Below, in pieces: positions 39,267 to 50,111 of a stretch of 64,000 nucleotides of DNA. The notes beneath the pieces are model-generated. The model was not told the origin of the DNA and did not search any database. It was given only the letters and a program-made list of their open reading frames with translations. The position numbers were made by a program, and so were the translations under genes. Every line of letters starts with the position of its first letter. Positions within the stretch are counted from its first letter, which is position 1. The DNA is taken from contig CAWGUE010000026.1 in the NCBI GenBank assembly GCA_963825595.1, positions 26,651-90,650 of the forward strand, written 5' to 3'. The stretch is from an uncultured delta proteobacterium. Its GTDB lineage: Bacteria; Desulfobacterota; Desulfobacteria; Desulfobacterales; SG8-13.

Positions 39267-40163
39267 CTATCCGGCGATCCGCAGGACCTTGCCTGAATCC
39301 ATCTGCAGAGCCAAGTTATCGATCATGCCCTCGACAATGTTCTCCGCCCGCCTGAGGTCCTTATCAGAGCCGAAACCGGAGCCTAGCTCCCGGAAGATGA
39401 CATCGTAGGGCGACGGCTGGTCGGAAAAGAGCGGATAAGTCGTCTCCATTTTGTCGTAGAGATGATCATCAAAGACATAGTTGCAGGGTCCTGGATCAAC
39501 TTGCCTCCGGAAGGGCCACTCGATCTTCAACCGCGAGAACTGACGCAGCAGCCGTCGGCACTCCATGCGTTGGAGGATGTCTGCTGCTTTTACCGGGGCA
39601 CCCAGGCGATCTTCCACTGCGATGAAAAACGCTTCCAGCATCTTGACCTCGGTGATGATCAAACCGAATTCATACCAATTGTCGGCGGTCTCCCGCACGA
39701 CCGTCTTGATCTCGCTGGACAGTTTATGGTGGGTTGGACAGAAATAAACCCGGCAAGCCATGCCGCCGTAATAACTGAGCCCCCGGAAATCAACGCCGCC
39801 GTTTCCAGCCGCCAGGGGGTGCAGAAGGCAACCGGCCCGGGCTTGCTTTTGGCCGACCAGACCCACAAAAGGGCAGTGATGAAATTCAGGAAAGGGGGGG
39901 CTGCCGCCCAGGCTCTTCAACATCTGTTGCCCAAAAGCCGCAATCGCGTCCGCCTCGCGGGGAATCCGTTCAAAGCGCTGCGTACGATCGATGAGGATCG
40001 CCTCCAGGGCGGCATGCGATGCATCCGCCACGTTGTAGAGACCGCAGCAGGCTGCGCACGACACGCGTTCATTGACTTGACACAGATAAACGCCGCCGGG
40101 GGCCGGCGGCCCCGGTGATTGAAGGGCCTCAGCGATTGGTCGCGCATCCGGATTCTTTTTCAT
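39267..40163 (-). CDS. Cys-rich hypothetical protein
   Basis: SCAACCGLYN, HCPFVG, GCLLHP and CRVYFCP. Confidence 0.75.
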   Translation of the reverse strand: MKKNPDARPIAEALQSPGPPAPGGVYLCQVNERVSCAACCGLYNVADASHAALEAILIDRTQRFERIPREADAIAAFGQQMLKSLGGSPPFPEFHHCPFVGLVGQKQARAGCLLHPLAAGNGGVDFRGLSYYGGMACRVYFCPTHHKLSSEIKTVVRETADNWYEFGLIITEVKMLEAFFIAVEDRLGAPVKAADILQRMECRRLLRQFSRLKIEWPFRRQVDPGPCNYVFDDHLYDKMETTYPLFSDQPSPYDVIFRELGSGFGSDKDLRRAENIVEGMIDNLALQMDSGKVLRIAG

Positions 40164-40330
40164 CTTTATCCTGTATATGCCGTGACATGTTCCTCAACAG
40201 GGCTGAAGAAAGGACACGCTATCAAGGTGATATCGTTTTTCTCTGACAATTTTTGACGGTAATCCTGTGCATAGAAATAGAAATGTTTTTCGACCCTTCT
40301 GCTCAAGATGAACAGTATACAAACCGGGCG

Positions 40331-40945
40331 TCAGCGCCGCATCGCCAGGCACAGCCCGTCATTTTCCGGCGAGTGCGCCGGTAAAAAAGAGTACAGGTGC
40401 ACAGAGGCCCATTCGGGTGCGGCAAAGATCGAACGGTTAAACGGGTCAGCGGCTTCGAAGCCCACATTGTCGGCGATCAGCAACCCGCCTTTGCGCAGCA
40501 GGCGCCGGCAGTCGGGCAACACCTTTTGGTAGTCCGATTTTTCGATATCCAGAAATATCAGATCAAACTGGTCTTGCATCTGCTGCACCGTCGTGACGGC
40601 ATCTGCGAGTCGCACCTCGACCAGCGACGCCAGGCCGGCCCGGCGGAGATTGGCCTTGGCCCGCCCGGCCATGTTAGAATCGTTTTCCACAGTCACCAAA
40701 CGACCGCGGTCGGGTTCGAGGGCCCGGCCCAGATAGATGGCCGAATAACCGGTGGCCGTTCCCAATTCAAGTATGGCCGTGGCGTTGCCGGTGCGGGCCA
40801 GAATAAAGAGCAGTTCTCCCACTACCGGTCCGACAATGGGAATGTTCTGCCTGTCTGCCTCCGCTTCCAGTTCTTTCAGCAGGCGCTCGCGTCCGGGGAT
40901 GAACTGCCGGAAATACGACTCGGGATTTTCCACCATAGCGGCCAT
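40331..40945 (-). CDS. SAM-dependent O-methyltransferase
   Basis: ILELGTATGYSA, FDLIFLD..K and GGLLIADN. Confidence 0.9.
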   Translation of the reverse strand: MAAMVENPESYFRQFIPGRERLLKELEAEADRQNIPIVGPVVGELLFILARTGNATAILELGTATGYSAIYLGRALEPDRGRLVTVENDSNMAGRAKANLRRAGLASLVEVRLADAVTTVQQMQDQFDLIFLDIEKSDYQKVLPDCRRLLRKGGLLIADNVGFEAADPFNRSIFAAPEWASVHLYSFLPAHSPENDGLCLAMRR

Positions 40946-40961
40946 TGCTCCCCCTGATTGC

Positions 40962-41375
40962 CTATTCTTTTTCAGGCAGAATTTCGTATTCGGTTGTGAT
41001 ATCGGCAACGCCGCGCACGGTCGCCGCTACCGAGCAGTATTTCTGTTCGGACAGTTGAATCGCCTTCTGGACGGCCTTTTCCGTCAGCCCCTTGCCGCCG
41101 ATGCGAAAAGTCAACTTAATGTTGCGATAGGCCCAGGGCGGTTCGGGATCGTGCTCACCGGTGGTAACGATCTCGAGACTGCTGGGGGGCTGTCGTTTTT
41201 TGGTCAGTATATCGACCACATCGACGGCCGTGCATGCTGACAAGGCGATCAAAAGCATCTGCGACGGTCGCATGCCGTTCGGATCATTCTCGCCGGACAA
41301 GACAACCGCATGCTTGTTTTCATCCATCCCCACGAACTGCTGGCCCGTTACCCAGCGTAAGGTGGTGCTCGGCAT
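40962..41375 (-). CDS. OsmC family protein
   Basis: P.QMLL.ALSACT..DV and LS..KYCSV. Confidence 0.9.
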   Translation of the reverse strand: MPSTTLRWVTGQQFVGMDENKHAVVLSGENDPNGMRPSQMLLIALSACTAVDVVDILTKKRQPPSSLEIVTTGEHDPEPPWAYRNIKLTFRIGGKGLTEKAVQKAIQLSEQKYCSVAATVRGVADITTEYEILPEKE

Positions 41376-41622
41376 TTAACTTCTCCTTTCGAATGGTTTC
41401 AAAGACGGAAAATGGCTCCCGGTTCACTATTTGTGGTCTCGATCTGACAACCGGTGTTGCCGCTGTACTTTCCCCCGGCTGCCGAATACATCCGGGTCCC
41501 GCCATGCCGAGACCCGCTTTCGCAGTTGATCGTTCCCTCCGCTCGGTTCAGCATTTGCGGAAAAAACGCTCCGTCACGCAGGTGGCGTGTCGTTTGAGGG
41601 ATATCGCGAGCCGCCCCGGGGG

Positions 41623-42138
41623 TCAGGCCAGGGCTTCCCGTATCACCTGGTAGCGCGCAAAGATCTGTCCGCTACCCAAATGTTTGAAATCGATCAGCTC
41701 AAGCATCATAGACACCGGCTCAGAAAAGAGAGAAAGACCGTATCCGAATACCCGCGGTACATACGTCACGTGAATTTCGTCGATCAATTCATCCCGGGCA
41801 AAAAGTGTGTTGATTTGCGATCCGCCGGCCAGAATAACCGTGTCGTAGCCTTCCCGGTGCAGGTCCGCGAGCACCTCCCGCGGGTTCTTGGATGTGAATA
41901 CCAGGTCCTCGTGCCGGGAAACTCGGCTTTTGTCGCGACTGAGCACGATATTCTTGCGCCCCGGAAGGGGTCTCCCAATGGTATCGTATGTTTTGGACCC
42001 CATGATCAACACGCCTGCCTCCAGGGTGGAATTCTTGAACATGCGTTTGTCTTCCGTGCCGGTCCAGTCCGGAAAATCTTCAGGGTCTCGCGCAATCTTG
42101 CCGTCTACCGTGAGTGCCATTAACAGAACGACTTTCAT
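41623..42138 (-). CDS. folA: Dihydrofolate reductase-like protein
   Basis: IMGSKTY, RPLPGRKNIVLSR, GG..I and IDEIHVT. Confidence 0.75.
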   Translation of the reverse strand: MKVVLLMALTVDGKIARDPEDFPDWTGTEDKRMFKNSTLEAGVLIMGSKTYDTIGRPLPGRKNIVLSRDKSRVSRHEDLVFTSKNPREVLADLHREGYDTVILAGGSQINTLFARDELIDEIHVTYVPRVFGYGLSLFSEPVSMMLELIDFKHLGSGQIFARYQVIREALA

Positions 42139-42211
42139 CTCGCTGCAACTCCATGTCGTTAAACCCCGTCCGCGGCTCCGGCGGGAGGTGATAGATTGCG
42201 GGTTTCCACAA

Positions 42212-42979
42212 TCAAAATTTTCTTAATACATCCCTGTCTACGATTATCGGCGTGTAACCGAAGACGGCGTTCAAATGGTGCAGGAAGGCATGGTGGCCTT
42301 CGGTCTGCCATGCCTTTCGAACCTCATCGTCGATACTGCGGTAGTGTTCCTGCAATGTTTCGATAGACGGATAGTCTATCGACTGCCCTTGGCGCCCGGC
42401 TTCTGCATCGATCATCTCGAGCCAGGTTTTACTGACGCCCATGATGAAATACGGCCAGGTGTTTTGAACGACGGGAGACCAGCTCTGGTCGCTGGTATCA
42501 CCGATACCGGGTTTGGTAACCTGCCCGGTGTCATCCGAGATAACCTGACGGATCCGGCCGATCCGCATTAATTCCTCCACGAGAGAATCGTTTCGAACGG
42601 CATCGATGACCTCTCTCGCGGTGTCGGCATCGCTGTAAAAAATGAAGCTGAAACGGTGGCCGGCCCCGTCGCGCGCGGCCCTGCGGTGAAACCGCCACAG
42701 GGGGATCTGCTCTCGGTGAGTTTCGAGAACCGGGGCGACAACCCTATGGGCGATCAAATCGTCCATATACCATTCGGCTGTGACCCCCTCGGGCCATTCG
42801 TTCTGAAAACGCACGGCCCACCAGCCCATGGATGCCGCGGCTGACGCCGGCTCATGGGGAAAGGCCGTGATCGACCCTTTTGATTTTATTCCGGCACACC
42901 CGCTAATCAGGATCAATCCAAGGGAAAAAACCACCAAGCCGTTTCGGAACCGCACCGATATGGTCAAACTCTCCTCCAC
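42212..42979 (-). CDS. Hypothetical lipoprotein
   Basis: ISGC lipobox; WRFHRRA and HAFLHHLNA.FGY blocks. Confidence 0.75.
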   Translation of the reverse strand: MEESLTISVRFRNGLVVFSLGLILISGCAGIKSKGSITAFPHEPASAAASMGWWAVRFQNEWPEGVTAEWYMDDLIAHRVVAPVLETHREQIPLWRFHRRAARDGAGHRFSFIFYSDADTAREVIDAVRNDSLVEELMRIGRIRQVISDDTGQVTKPGIGDTSDQSWSPVVQNTWPYFIMGVSKTWLEMIDAEAGRQGQSIDYPSIETLQEHYRSIDDEVRKAWQTEGHHAFLHHLNAVFGYTPIIVDRDVLRKF

Positions 42980-43044
42980 AAGATCTCAGGCCGCTAACCT
43001 CGAAGAAAAGCCGTCCGCAGCCAATTTGTCATTTAATTCAGGCG

Positions 43045-43737
43045 CTACTTGAGATCAAACACCAGTTTCCACTGCTCGGAGCCCTTTCGCACCGACACTT
43101 CCTCCTTGTCGATCTGAACGATCACGTAGCCTTCCAGGGATGCCCCTTCCCTGACGATACTCCCATTGATGACCGCCAGACGGTCGCCGGGTGCCGGTGC
43201 CCATGAAATGGCCTGCAGTTTCAGATCGGAGGTCAGGATCGGAAGGCTGGCCGTGGCAGGAACGCTCGGTCTGGCGGCTTTCTTTTCTGTCGGCGGCGGT
43301 CTTCGGACAGTCGCTGCCGGTGTTTTTTTCACCACCGGTGATGGTGCCGGCTTGGGGACAGGCTTAGCCGTCTCCGGCTGGGGTTTGGGACGCGGTGCTG
43401 CGGATTGGGGCGGTTGTGTCGCCGGCGGTCTGGCCGTGGATCCGGGAGTCGATACAGTCGAATCCGGTTTGCTTATCGGCCGTGTCACTGCCGCCGTCGT
43501 CTCAGTGCGGCTGTCCGGCCCCGGTTTGAAATAAAGGTAGAGCCCACCTGCGGCTGCCACGACTGCGAGAGCCAGCAGGCCCCATAAAACGAACGCGGAT
43601 CGGCCGGCGCTGATATCCCATCGTCGCATGGCGCTGCGAGGCGTCGACCCGGATGGCCAGATGACCGTCCGCCGCTTTCGGGGAAGGTCATCGTCGAGTT
43701 TCTTGAGGGCTTTTAGTATGGAACTCACGGTGTTCAC
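43045..43737 (-). CDS. ExeB/GspB-like protein
   Basis: SSILKALKK N-terminus, TM, Pro-rich linker, LQAI.W...AVING..VREG; follows ExeA. Confidence 0.78.
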   Translation of the reverse strand: MNTVSSILKALKKLDDDLPRKRRTVIWPSGSTPRSAMRRWDISAGRSAFVLWGLLALAVVAAAGGLYLYFKPGPDSRTETTAAVTRPISKPDSTVSTPGSTARPPATQPPQSAAPRPKPQPETAKPVPKPAPSPVVKKTPAATVRRPPPTEKKAARPSVPATASLPILTSDLKLQAISWAPAPGDRLAVINGSIVREGASLEGYVIVQIDKEEVSVRKGSEQWKLVFDLK

Positions 43738-43829
43738 TTCCTTAAGAGGTTCGCATCGCGGCGTATCGAATTATTCGGACACGCACACAAAAGCATCCGT
43801 TCCCGAATCGTGCCGCCGGTCAAAGAGCT

Positions 43830-45554
43830 TTACTGTCGCGTCGACGCTTCGCTCCGGATATGAGGGATTTGCAGTACCGGATTGTCATTGAACAGCAAGA
43901 TTTTTGTTAGCGGCCCAACGATTCCGTCCGGCCGGAGTCCGTTTTTCTCCTGTAAATGTTGAACGGCCAATTCAGTCTGCTCGTCATAGTAAGGACCGGT
44001 ACCGACCTGGATATAACCGATCTCCCGGAGATATCTCTTGAGTCTTGCAACCACCGCGCCGGACTGCACTCGCGGGTTCAGGTTAACATCGTCCAAGTGG
44101 TTTCGCCATGGAACATACACCGCACCACGGCAATACGCTGTCAATACATCCATCGGCACGGTGATGAGCGCGTTGCTGCCCGCTCGGCCGAGAGTCACAT
44201 CCCGGTCGTCAATGGCACGCAAGGCCAGAAACCCCGGCGCGGGCCCATGCGGTAATTTCACGGCAATGATGGCCGGCAGATTCAAACTGTTAAGGAGCCC
44301 GAGATTGCATGTCGTTTTGAGCACTGAAAAACCGTTCTGTTCGGCCGCCAATTTGAAAAAGATATCGTCATCGGTCTCGTCATCCAGCACCGGATCGAGA
44401 ACGGTCTCACCGCCCCATAGTTCCAGCACCGATTTCATTGCGATGTGTCTGGCGGATCTGACGTCCATCTCTTCCAGAAAACGTGCCAAGGCATCGGTTT
44501 CCGCATCTCGCTGCCTCCCGGAGGTTTGGGCGGGCGCGGGTGGCACCTGAGCCTGTTGGACAAATGTTTGCCGTGGCTCGTCCCGGGGGGATAGTTGGAA
44601 GTTGGTGGTCCCAAAGATGCGCTCGATAATCCCCTGGGCCCCAGCGGTTCCCTGTCTGTAAAACCAAAACATGAAAACAGCGGAGCAGACAATGACCAGC
44701 AAGGTCAGCGACAGTTTGAATCCCTTCCTTTTGCTTCGCGGCGCGGCCCGGCCGCCGCCGATTTCACGGATGGCCGCCCGTACGATACCGCCGGTTATCT
44801 TCTGGCGATTACGACTAAAAGCCGTCAGCAGGGACCGGTCGCAGACGATATTGATCAGGCGGGGGACGCCTTTGGAGAAACGATAGATCAGGCGGACGGC
44901 GCTGCTGCTAAACGGTACCTGGGCCTTGGAGGAGGCAACGAGAATGCGGTGCTCGATGTATTCCCTGACTTCCCTGAAGGTCAGCGGAGACAGATGGCAG
45001 CTGAGCGTAATGCGCTGGGCCAGTTGTCGAAGATCGTAGGAATCGAGAAGTTCCCCCAGTTCCGGCTGTCCGACCAGGATGATCTGCAGCAACTTGGAAC
45101 GGTTGGTCTCAAGGTTTGATAGCAGTCGCAGCTGTTCCAGGACGCGCCGGGACAGGTTCTGGGCCTCATCCACCAGCAGCACGACCCGTTTCCCCTCGGT
45201 TTTCATCCGGATCAGGTAGATGTTGAGCGCATCGATGAGCGCTTTGATATCGTCTGACCGGCAACGGATGCCGAGTTCATCCGCAATCGTCTTGAGGAGC
45301 TGCTTCGGGCCAAGCCGGGGGTTGAATATGTATGCTACCTCCGTTCGTTCGTCCAAGTTATCGAGAAAAACGCGGCAAAGCGTCGTTTTTCCGGTACCGA
45401 CTTCCCCGGTGATCTCCACGAATCCGTCCCCCTCGGAGATGGCATAACTCAGGTGCGCCATCGCCTCCTCGTGGCTGCGGCTCACGTAGTAATACTCGGG
45501 GTTGGGAACGAGCTTGAAGGGTCTCTCGCGAAAAGAGAAGAATTTCTTATACAT
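43830..45554 (-). CDS. ExeA/GspA-like AAA ATPase with peptidoglycan-binding domain
   Basis: GEVGTGKT, DEAQ, LVGQPEL, GVPRLIN and C-terminal DGIVGPLT. Confidence 0.9.
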   Translation of the reverse strand: MYKKFFSFRERPFKLVPNPEYYYVSRSHEEAMAHLSYAISEGDGFVEITGEVGTGKTTLCRVFLDNLDERTEVAYIFNPRLGPKQLLKTIADELGIRCRSDDIKALIDALNIYLIRMKTEGKRVVLLVDEAQNLSRRVLEQLRLLSNLETNRSKLLQIILVGQPELGELLDSYDLRQLAQRITLSCHLSPLTFREVREYIEHRILVASSKAQVPFSSSAVRLIYRFSKGVPRLINIVCDRSLLTAFSRNRQKITGGIVRAAIREIGGGRAAPRSKRKGFKLSLTLLVIVCSAVFMFWFYRQGTAGAQGIIERIFGTTNFQLSPRDEPRQTFVQQAQVPPAPAQTSGRQRDAETDALARFLEEMDVRSARHIAMKSVLELWGGETVLDPVLDDETDDDIFFKLAAEQNGFSVLKTTCNLGLLNSLNLPAIIAVKLPHGPAPGFLALRAIDDRDVTLGRAGSNALITVPMDVLTAYCRGAVYVPWRNHLDDVNLNPRVQSGAVVARLKRYLREIGYIQVGTGPYYDEQTELAVQHLQEKNGLRPDGIVGPLTKILLFNDNPVLQIPHIRSEASTRQ

Positions 45555-45717
45555 CTCGATTCTTTCCGGTAACGGCACCGAACCGGGTGCGCCGATCGCA
45601 GCCGACGGTCAAAGCCCCGTTGATCCGAAAATATTTATAATAAAAACAATTAAATGTGTCAAGCGAGGGCACAATATTTCGTGAGGTCGCTCGGTCATGC
45701 CCATTCTTTGGAGATGT

Positions 45718-46722
45718 CTATTGCGAATGATGGGAATCCCGGAACAACTCCAGCTGGTCTACCTGTCCGCTTTCAAAGTTTGTTATGAACAGCTCGACGG
45801 CTATTTTCAGCGCCTCGATCGGCTCCCGGTTGGCCAGCTTCCAGGCATAAATGTCGCGGTGGAGCTGGCGGCTGTCCTCGGCCAAGGCCTCGATCACTTG
45901 GTATTTGGCCGGTTCCCAGAGCAAATGGGCCTCCTCACCCGGCAGACCCAATTTCTGAAACTGCCAGTTACAGTTGCGCTCCCACCAGGGTGAAGGTACC
46001 TCACCATTGGTGACACTGCCTTCGAAGTAAAACAGGGACCATTCAAGCTGTTTAAGACGGATGTGCAGATCTCGGGCCACGTCATTCAGTGCGCGTTTGC
46101 CCTCGGGCGTATGCCTGTCCAGCACGACCCAGTAGGGAAAGGGTTTTTCGGTACCATCCGGCGCTGCTGCCTCAGTGACCTCGGGAAGGCCGGATGCAGA
46201 CAAGTAAGCTGCCGCCTGGATCACTGCCCGGTCAAAAGGTCTTCCGGTGCTTTTAAATTTCATGGCGTTGATACAGAGCGATCGCCATTCGTTATCGGCC
46301 AGGTTTCGCTCCATCCAGTTCCAGAAATCTTCCGGGCGCCGGATGGCATTAGCAATGATCCTGATGTGGCGGTCGTTCGGAGTACCGCCAAGCATCGAGG
46401 TGTCACCCTCGGACAGTCGGTAGGCCAGGTATCCGAGACCGGCGGCATCCCTGTTTTTGACCGACCGGGCGACTTTGACCAGGACGGCCACTTTACTGTG
46501 AAAGTGGCGGTTGAAAACCAGATCTTGTCCCAGGGGCCAGCACTCTTCGAAGGTGATGTTCACCGACCGGTTCCGGAACCAGTTTTTCTCCCTGAAACTC
46601 AGGCTTTGAATCAACGCACTGACGATGTATACCAGGTTGACATTTCCGCGCCGTACCGCTTTTTGAAGCAGAGATCGAAAACGGGCATCGATGTCGGCAC
46701 CGCGCTTGTCGATAATTGTCAT
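45718..46722 (-). CDS. Hypothetical protein with MgsA/RarA C-terminal-like motifs
   Basis: SLLQKAVRRG, EEC and LDRHT..G; no Walker A. Confidence 0.65.
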   Translation of the reverse strand: MTIIDKRGADIDARFRSLLQKAVRRGNVNLVYIVSALIQSLSFREKNWFRNRSVNITFEECWPLGQDLVFNRHFHSKVAVLVKVARSVKNRDAAGLGYLAYRLSEGDTSMLGGTPNDRHIRIIANAIRRPEDFWNWMERNLADNEWRSLCINAMKFKSTGRPFDRAVIQAAAYLSASGLPEVTEAAAPDGTEKPFPYWVVLDRHTPEGKRALNDVARDLHIRLKQLEWSLFYFEGSVTNGEVPSPWWERNCNWQFQKLGLPGEEAHLLWEPAKYQVIEALAEDSRQLHRDIYAWKLANREPIEALKIAVELFITNFESGQVDQLELFRDSHHSQ

Positions 46723-47050
46723 GTCTATCCCGGGTATTTCACGAATCTCATTCGCTCATTTACAAGGCGCACGCCTTGTATTTAACGATCATATGTGTGA
46801 TCCCGTGAGGCAAAGACATACATGGGTGCAGCCGTAATCGGGTACCGCAAATCCTTCATTCGCCGGCCTTTGATCGGCCTTCGAATCTGTCAGTGAGTGA
46901 ATGCGGCTTGCAGGATTTAAAAATAATCATGAAGTATGCGGAATGGCGCTGCTCCGCCACAGTTGCAGGCCTGTCAACGGGTGCCGCAGCACGCCCCTTG
47001 CCGATACCGGCGGACACCACCGCTCACTCTTCGTTCGGTACCAAAATGCG

Positions 47051-47791
47051 CTACAGCGTCATGCCGCCGTCAACGACCAGCACCTGCCCCGTCATGAAAC
47101 GGCTTTCATCGGAAGCCAGAAAGATGCAGGCATCGGCGACTTCATCCGTCGTACCCAAGCGTTTCATGCGGTGGCGTTTGATAAAGGCGTTCCGCGCAGC
47201 TGTGGGGTCGGACGCAGCGGCGATACGCGACGCCAAGCCCGGGGTTTCGATGGCACCGGGACAGACGGCGTTGACCCGGACGCCCCGGTCAACAAAGTCG
47301 ATGGCAACCGACTTTGTAAAACCGATGAGAGCCGCTTTGGTGGTGCTGTAAGCCAAACGGGCGGGAGCGCTGGTGATACTGGAGAGGACTGAGGCGATAT
47401 TAACGATCGCACCGACTCCTTTGGCGCACATGGACGGAAGAAACGCCCGGGTCATGTAAAACGCCCCCCGTATATTGACATCCACCGAACGCTCCAGTTC
47501 TGCCGGGGTGCAGTCGAGAAGGGTTCCCGAGGCCACATATCCGGCGCAGTTGACCAAAATGTCGACGGGCCCGATCTCTTCGGCCGCCGCGTGGATGTCA
47601 TCGGGACGAGTGACGTCCAGTTGCCGTGTTCGGACCGATCCAATCTTTTCCAGTTGCTTCAGCGGATCAATGCTGCGACTCGTAGCCCAGACACAGCATC
47701 CCTCCCGGGCGAAACCGAGCACAATGGCGTGACCGATTCCCTGCCCGGAACCGGTCACCACTGCGGATTTACCATCTAAACGTCCTGCCAT
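47051..47791 (-). CDS. Short-chain dehydrogenase/reductase
   Basis: TGSGQGIG, NCAG, YSTTK and VDGG. Confidence 0.92.
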   Translation of the reverse strand: MAGRLDGKSAVVTGSGQGIGHAIVLGFAREGCCVWATSRSIDPLKQLEKIGSVRTRQLDVTRPDDIHAAAEEIGPVDILVNCAGYVASGTLLDCTPAELERSVDVNIRGAFYMTRAFLPSMCAKGVGAIVNIASVLSSITSAPARLAYSTTKAALIGFTKSVAIDFVDRGVRVNAVCPGAIETPGLASRIAAASDPTAARNAFIKRHRMKRLGTTDEVADACIFLASDESRFMTGQVLVVDGGMTL

Positions 47792-48099
47792 ACATACTCT
47801 CCATCCGGCTCTTCGGTCCCGGTGCGTGCGACATGGAAAGTGTCGCCGATCCGGTCCAGCTGTTCGAGGACGCCGCCGAAGGTTTTTACCGACAAACGCG
47901 AATGGTCGCAGCGAAAAAAACAGCCGGGTGAAGCCAGGCGAAAGGGATGGCCTCAAGCCGCGGCTTCAGATAGCCCTTTATTCCGTGACGACATTGGGGG
48001 CATTGCCCCGGGGATCGGACCAAGTGATCATGACCGGTCTGTTCAATTCCGGTATTTATCCGATCGACACTCCGTGATTCTGCATCATTTTCTACCCAG

Positions 48100-48246
48100 T
48101 GCCAATCCACGAAAAGGAGGTGGCACGATCGAGTGGCCAATTCATAAATGAGAATTTTTTCCACTGGGCAAGGCCGCAACCGGAATCCTGCGGTGAATCC
48201 CGCCATGGCGGGACCCAGCGGAAAAAAGGCCATTTATGGATGGACA
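48100..48246 (+). mobile_element. MITE-like element, copy 2 (internally shorter)
   Basis: Same ends and core as 37405; flanks CTACCCAG/CTACCTGG. Confidence 0.85.
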
Positions 48247-48673
48247 CTACCTGGTTGGAAACACTCGGTTTAGATTCAATTATGCAGCTCTCAGGGCGAT
48301 TGTCAAGCCGCTGAAAGCACTGTGCGCGGTATAAAGGCAGGTACGACCATTCCGGTTGGTGCAGGTTATGGCGGAGGGCCAAAGCGACCGGCCGTTAGAA
48401 CCTGACCAAAGGCTTATATCGGTCGATCACGCAGTGGCGTGCGTCAAACCCGGGAGTCGCATCAGGCCGCCCGGGTAATGCACCACTGAATGCAGCCAGT
48501 CCTGGCAATACATCTTTCAGGGAGACTATCGCGGTAAGACTGCCCCGTCGCGATGAACGAATAAAAACCCGTTGGAACGAAAAAAGGACGCGTTCTGAAT
48601 GGGTTCGTGCGCTGAGATCCGTGCCGACGGCCGGTTACCGGTCAAACTGGTGGGTGACTCATCTCGCGACCTT

Positions 48674-48868
48674 TTACTGCTGTGAATCTGAATCGTCGTC
48701 ACGGCACAGAAAACGCGTAAAACATTCCCATTGATTGCAATAAACCACCGCGGTTCCGGAGCATTCCGAGCGGCTCAACCGTTTTGAAGTACCGTCCTGA
48801 TTGTTTATGCTCTTGGAACGATCGGACTTGTAGATATCTCTTTTCACTATTTTTTTCGTCTTTTTCAT
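48674..48868 (-). CDS. Possible small protein (64 aa)
   Basis: ATG after AAAGAG; basic N-terminus, C-terminal CNQWECF..FLC. Confidence 0.3.
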   Translation of the reverse strand: MKKTKKIVKRDIYKSDRSKSINNQDGTSKRLSRSECSGTAVVYCNQWECFTRFLCRDDDSDSQQ

Positions 48869-49234
48869 TTTTATTCTCTTTTAAATCGTATGGCAGCGCT
48901 CGGCGGGTTGTTTCGATAAATGACATGTCGAACACGGCGTCCCGGCTGACCATAGCGCATAAAATGAACGTGTCTCGAAAAAATCAGGGTTCAGGGCAGC
49001 ATGAAACGAGTAAAACGTGGCGCATACAGGACGCACGTGAACATTTTGAGTCGTTTCATAACGCCGCCCATGAGCACTGAGACTACTTTTGAGATGTGTT
49101 CATGTTATCTATGGGAATCGTCATCCGTCACCCTAAAGGTGGAGACTTTCCGGCTGTGTCGGCTCGCCTCTCTTACCCTTACACTGTGGAATAAATCTGA
49201 ATGAATCCAGTCATCTGTGTCTTGCCCGTCGCGG

Positions 49235-50011
49235 TCACCGATTGGAAAGCTGAACATTCGCCCCCAAACGGTTTTCCATCCAGCGCACTGCCCAGGATAC
49301 GATAAGTATTAAAACCAGGTACTCAAGTATCAATACGGTGTAAATTTCCAATGGTCGATAAACCGTGACCGTCAACTCGTTGGCTTTCCGGGTCAGTTCC
49401 TGAAGGCCGATAACAGAAACCAAGGAAGACATCTTGAGCATGTATACAAACTGGTTACCCAGCGGGGGGAGAATTCGGCGGATGGCCTGGGGCAGAATGA
49501 TGAGACGCAACTTGAGCAAATACGGCAGCCCCAGAGCATCGGCCGCCTCTATCTGGCCGCGCTCGATGGACTGGATTCCGCCGCGGAAGATTTCGGCTTC
49601 GAACGCGCTGTCGCATATCGATAACGCCAAGACACCCGCAGCAAAAGGGGCCAGAGAAAGACCGAGAACAACCGGCAATCCGTAATAAACCCACAAGACC
49701 ATCACCAGCGTCGGCACGGACCGAAAGGTTTCGACGTACACCCGGTTAAAAATCCGCAATAGCCGGTTTCTCGATAAACCCGGCAGTGCAACCAACAGCC
49801 CGACACTGACGGAAATGACAATCGACACCGCGGCCAACCCGACCGTCATCCATAACCCATCGAGCATAAACTTGAGATTGACGCTCCCCCTGGGCGTGGT
49901 CGGAAGCACCTCGTACCAGCCCCAATGATAGTCGACGTTACTGCATCCATTGACGACCAGTGCGCTGACGAAAGCGGCTGTGGCCGTGAGCCATCCGTTG
50001 CGTCGGTGCAT
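49235..50011 (-). CDS. Polar amino acid ABC transporter permease
   Basis: YVETFRSVP, AEIFRGGI..I..GQ.EAA.ALG and ILPQA. Confidence 0.92.
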   Translation of the reverse strand: MHRRNGWLTATAAFVSALVVNGCSNVDYHWGWYEVLPTTPRGSVNLKFMLDGLWMTVGLAAVSIVISVSVGLLVALPGLSRNRLLRIFNRVYVETFRSVPTLVMVLWVYYGLPVVLGLSLAPFAAGVLALSICDSAFEAEIFRGGIQSIERGQIEAADALGLPYLLKLRLIILPQAIRRILPPLGNQFVYMLKMSSLVSVIGLQELTRKANELTVTVYRPLEIYTVLILEYLVLILIVSWAVRWMENRLGANVQLSNR

Positions 50012-50111
50012 ACGGTTCCTTCTCCCCTTATCCCTTCACAGACTCCTGGTCCGCATCGGGCCGCAGGTCACATTTTCATGCAGCACCGCTCTGATGTATG
50101 GCTTGCGGATG

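Noticed and set aside
43045..45554. Complete type II secretion system
   Set aside because: Only ExeA/ExeB-like genes are present; no secretin, platform or pseudopilins in the window
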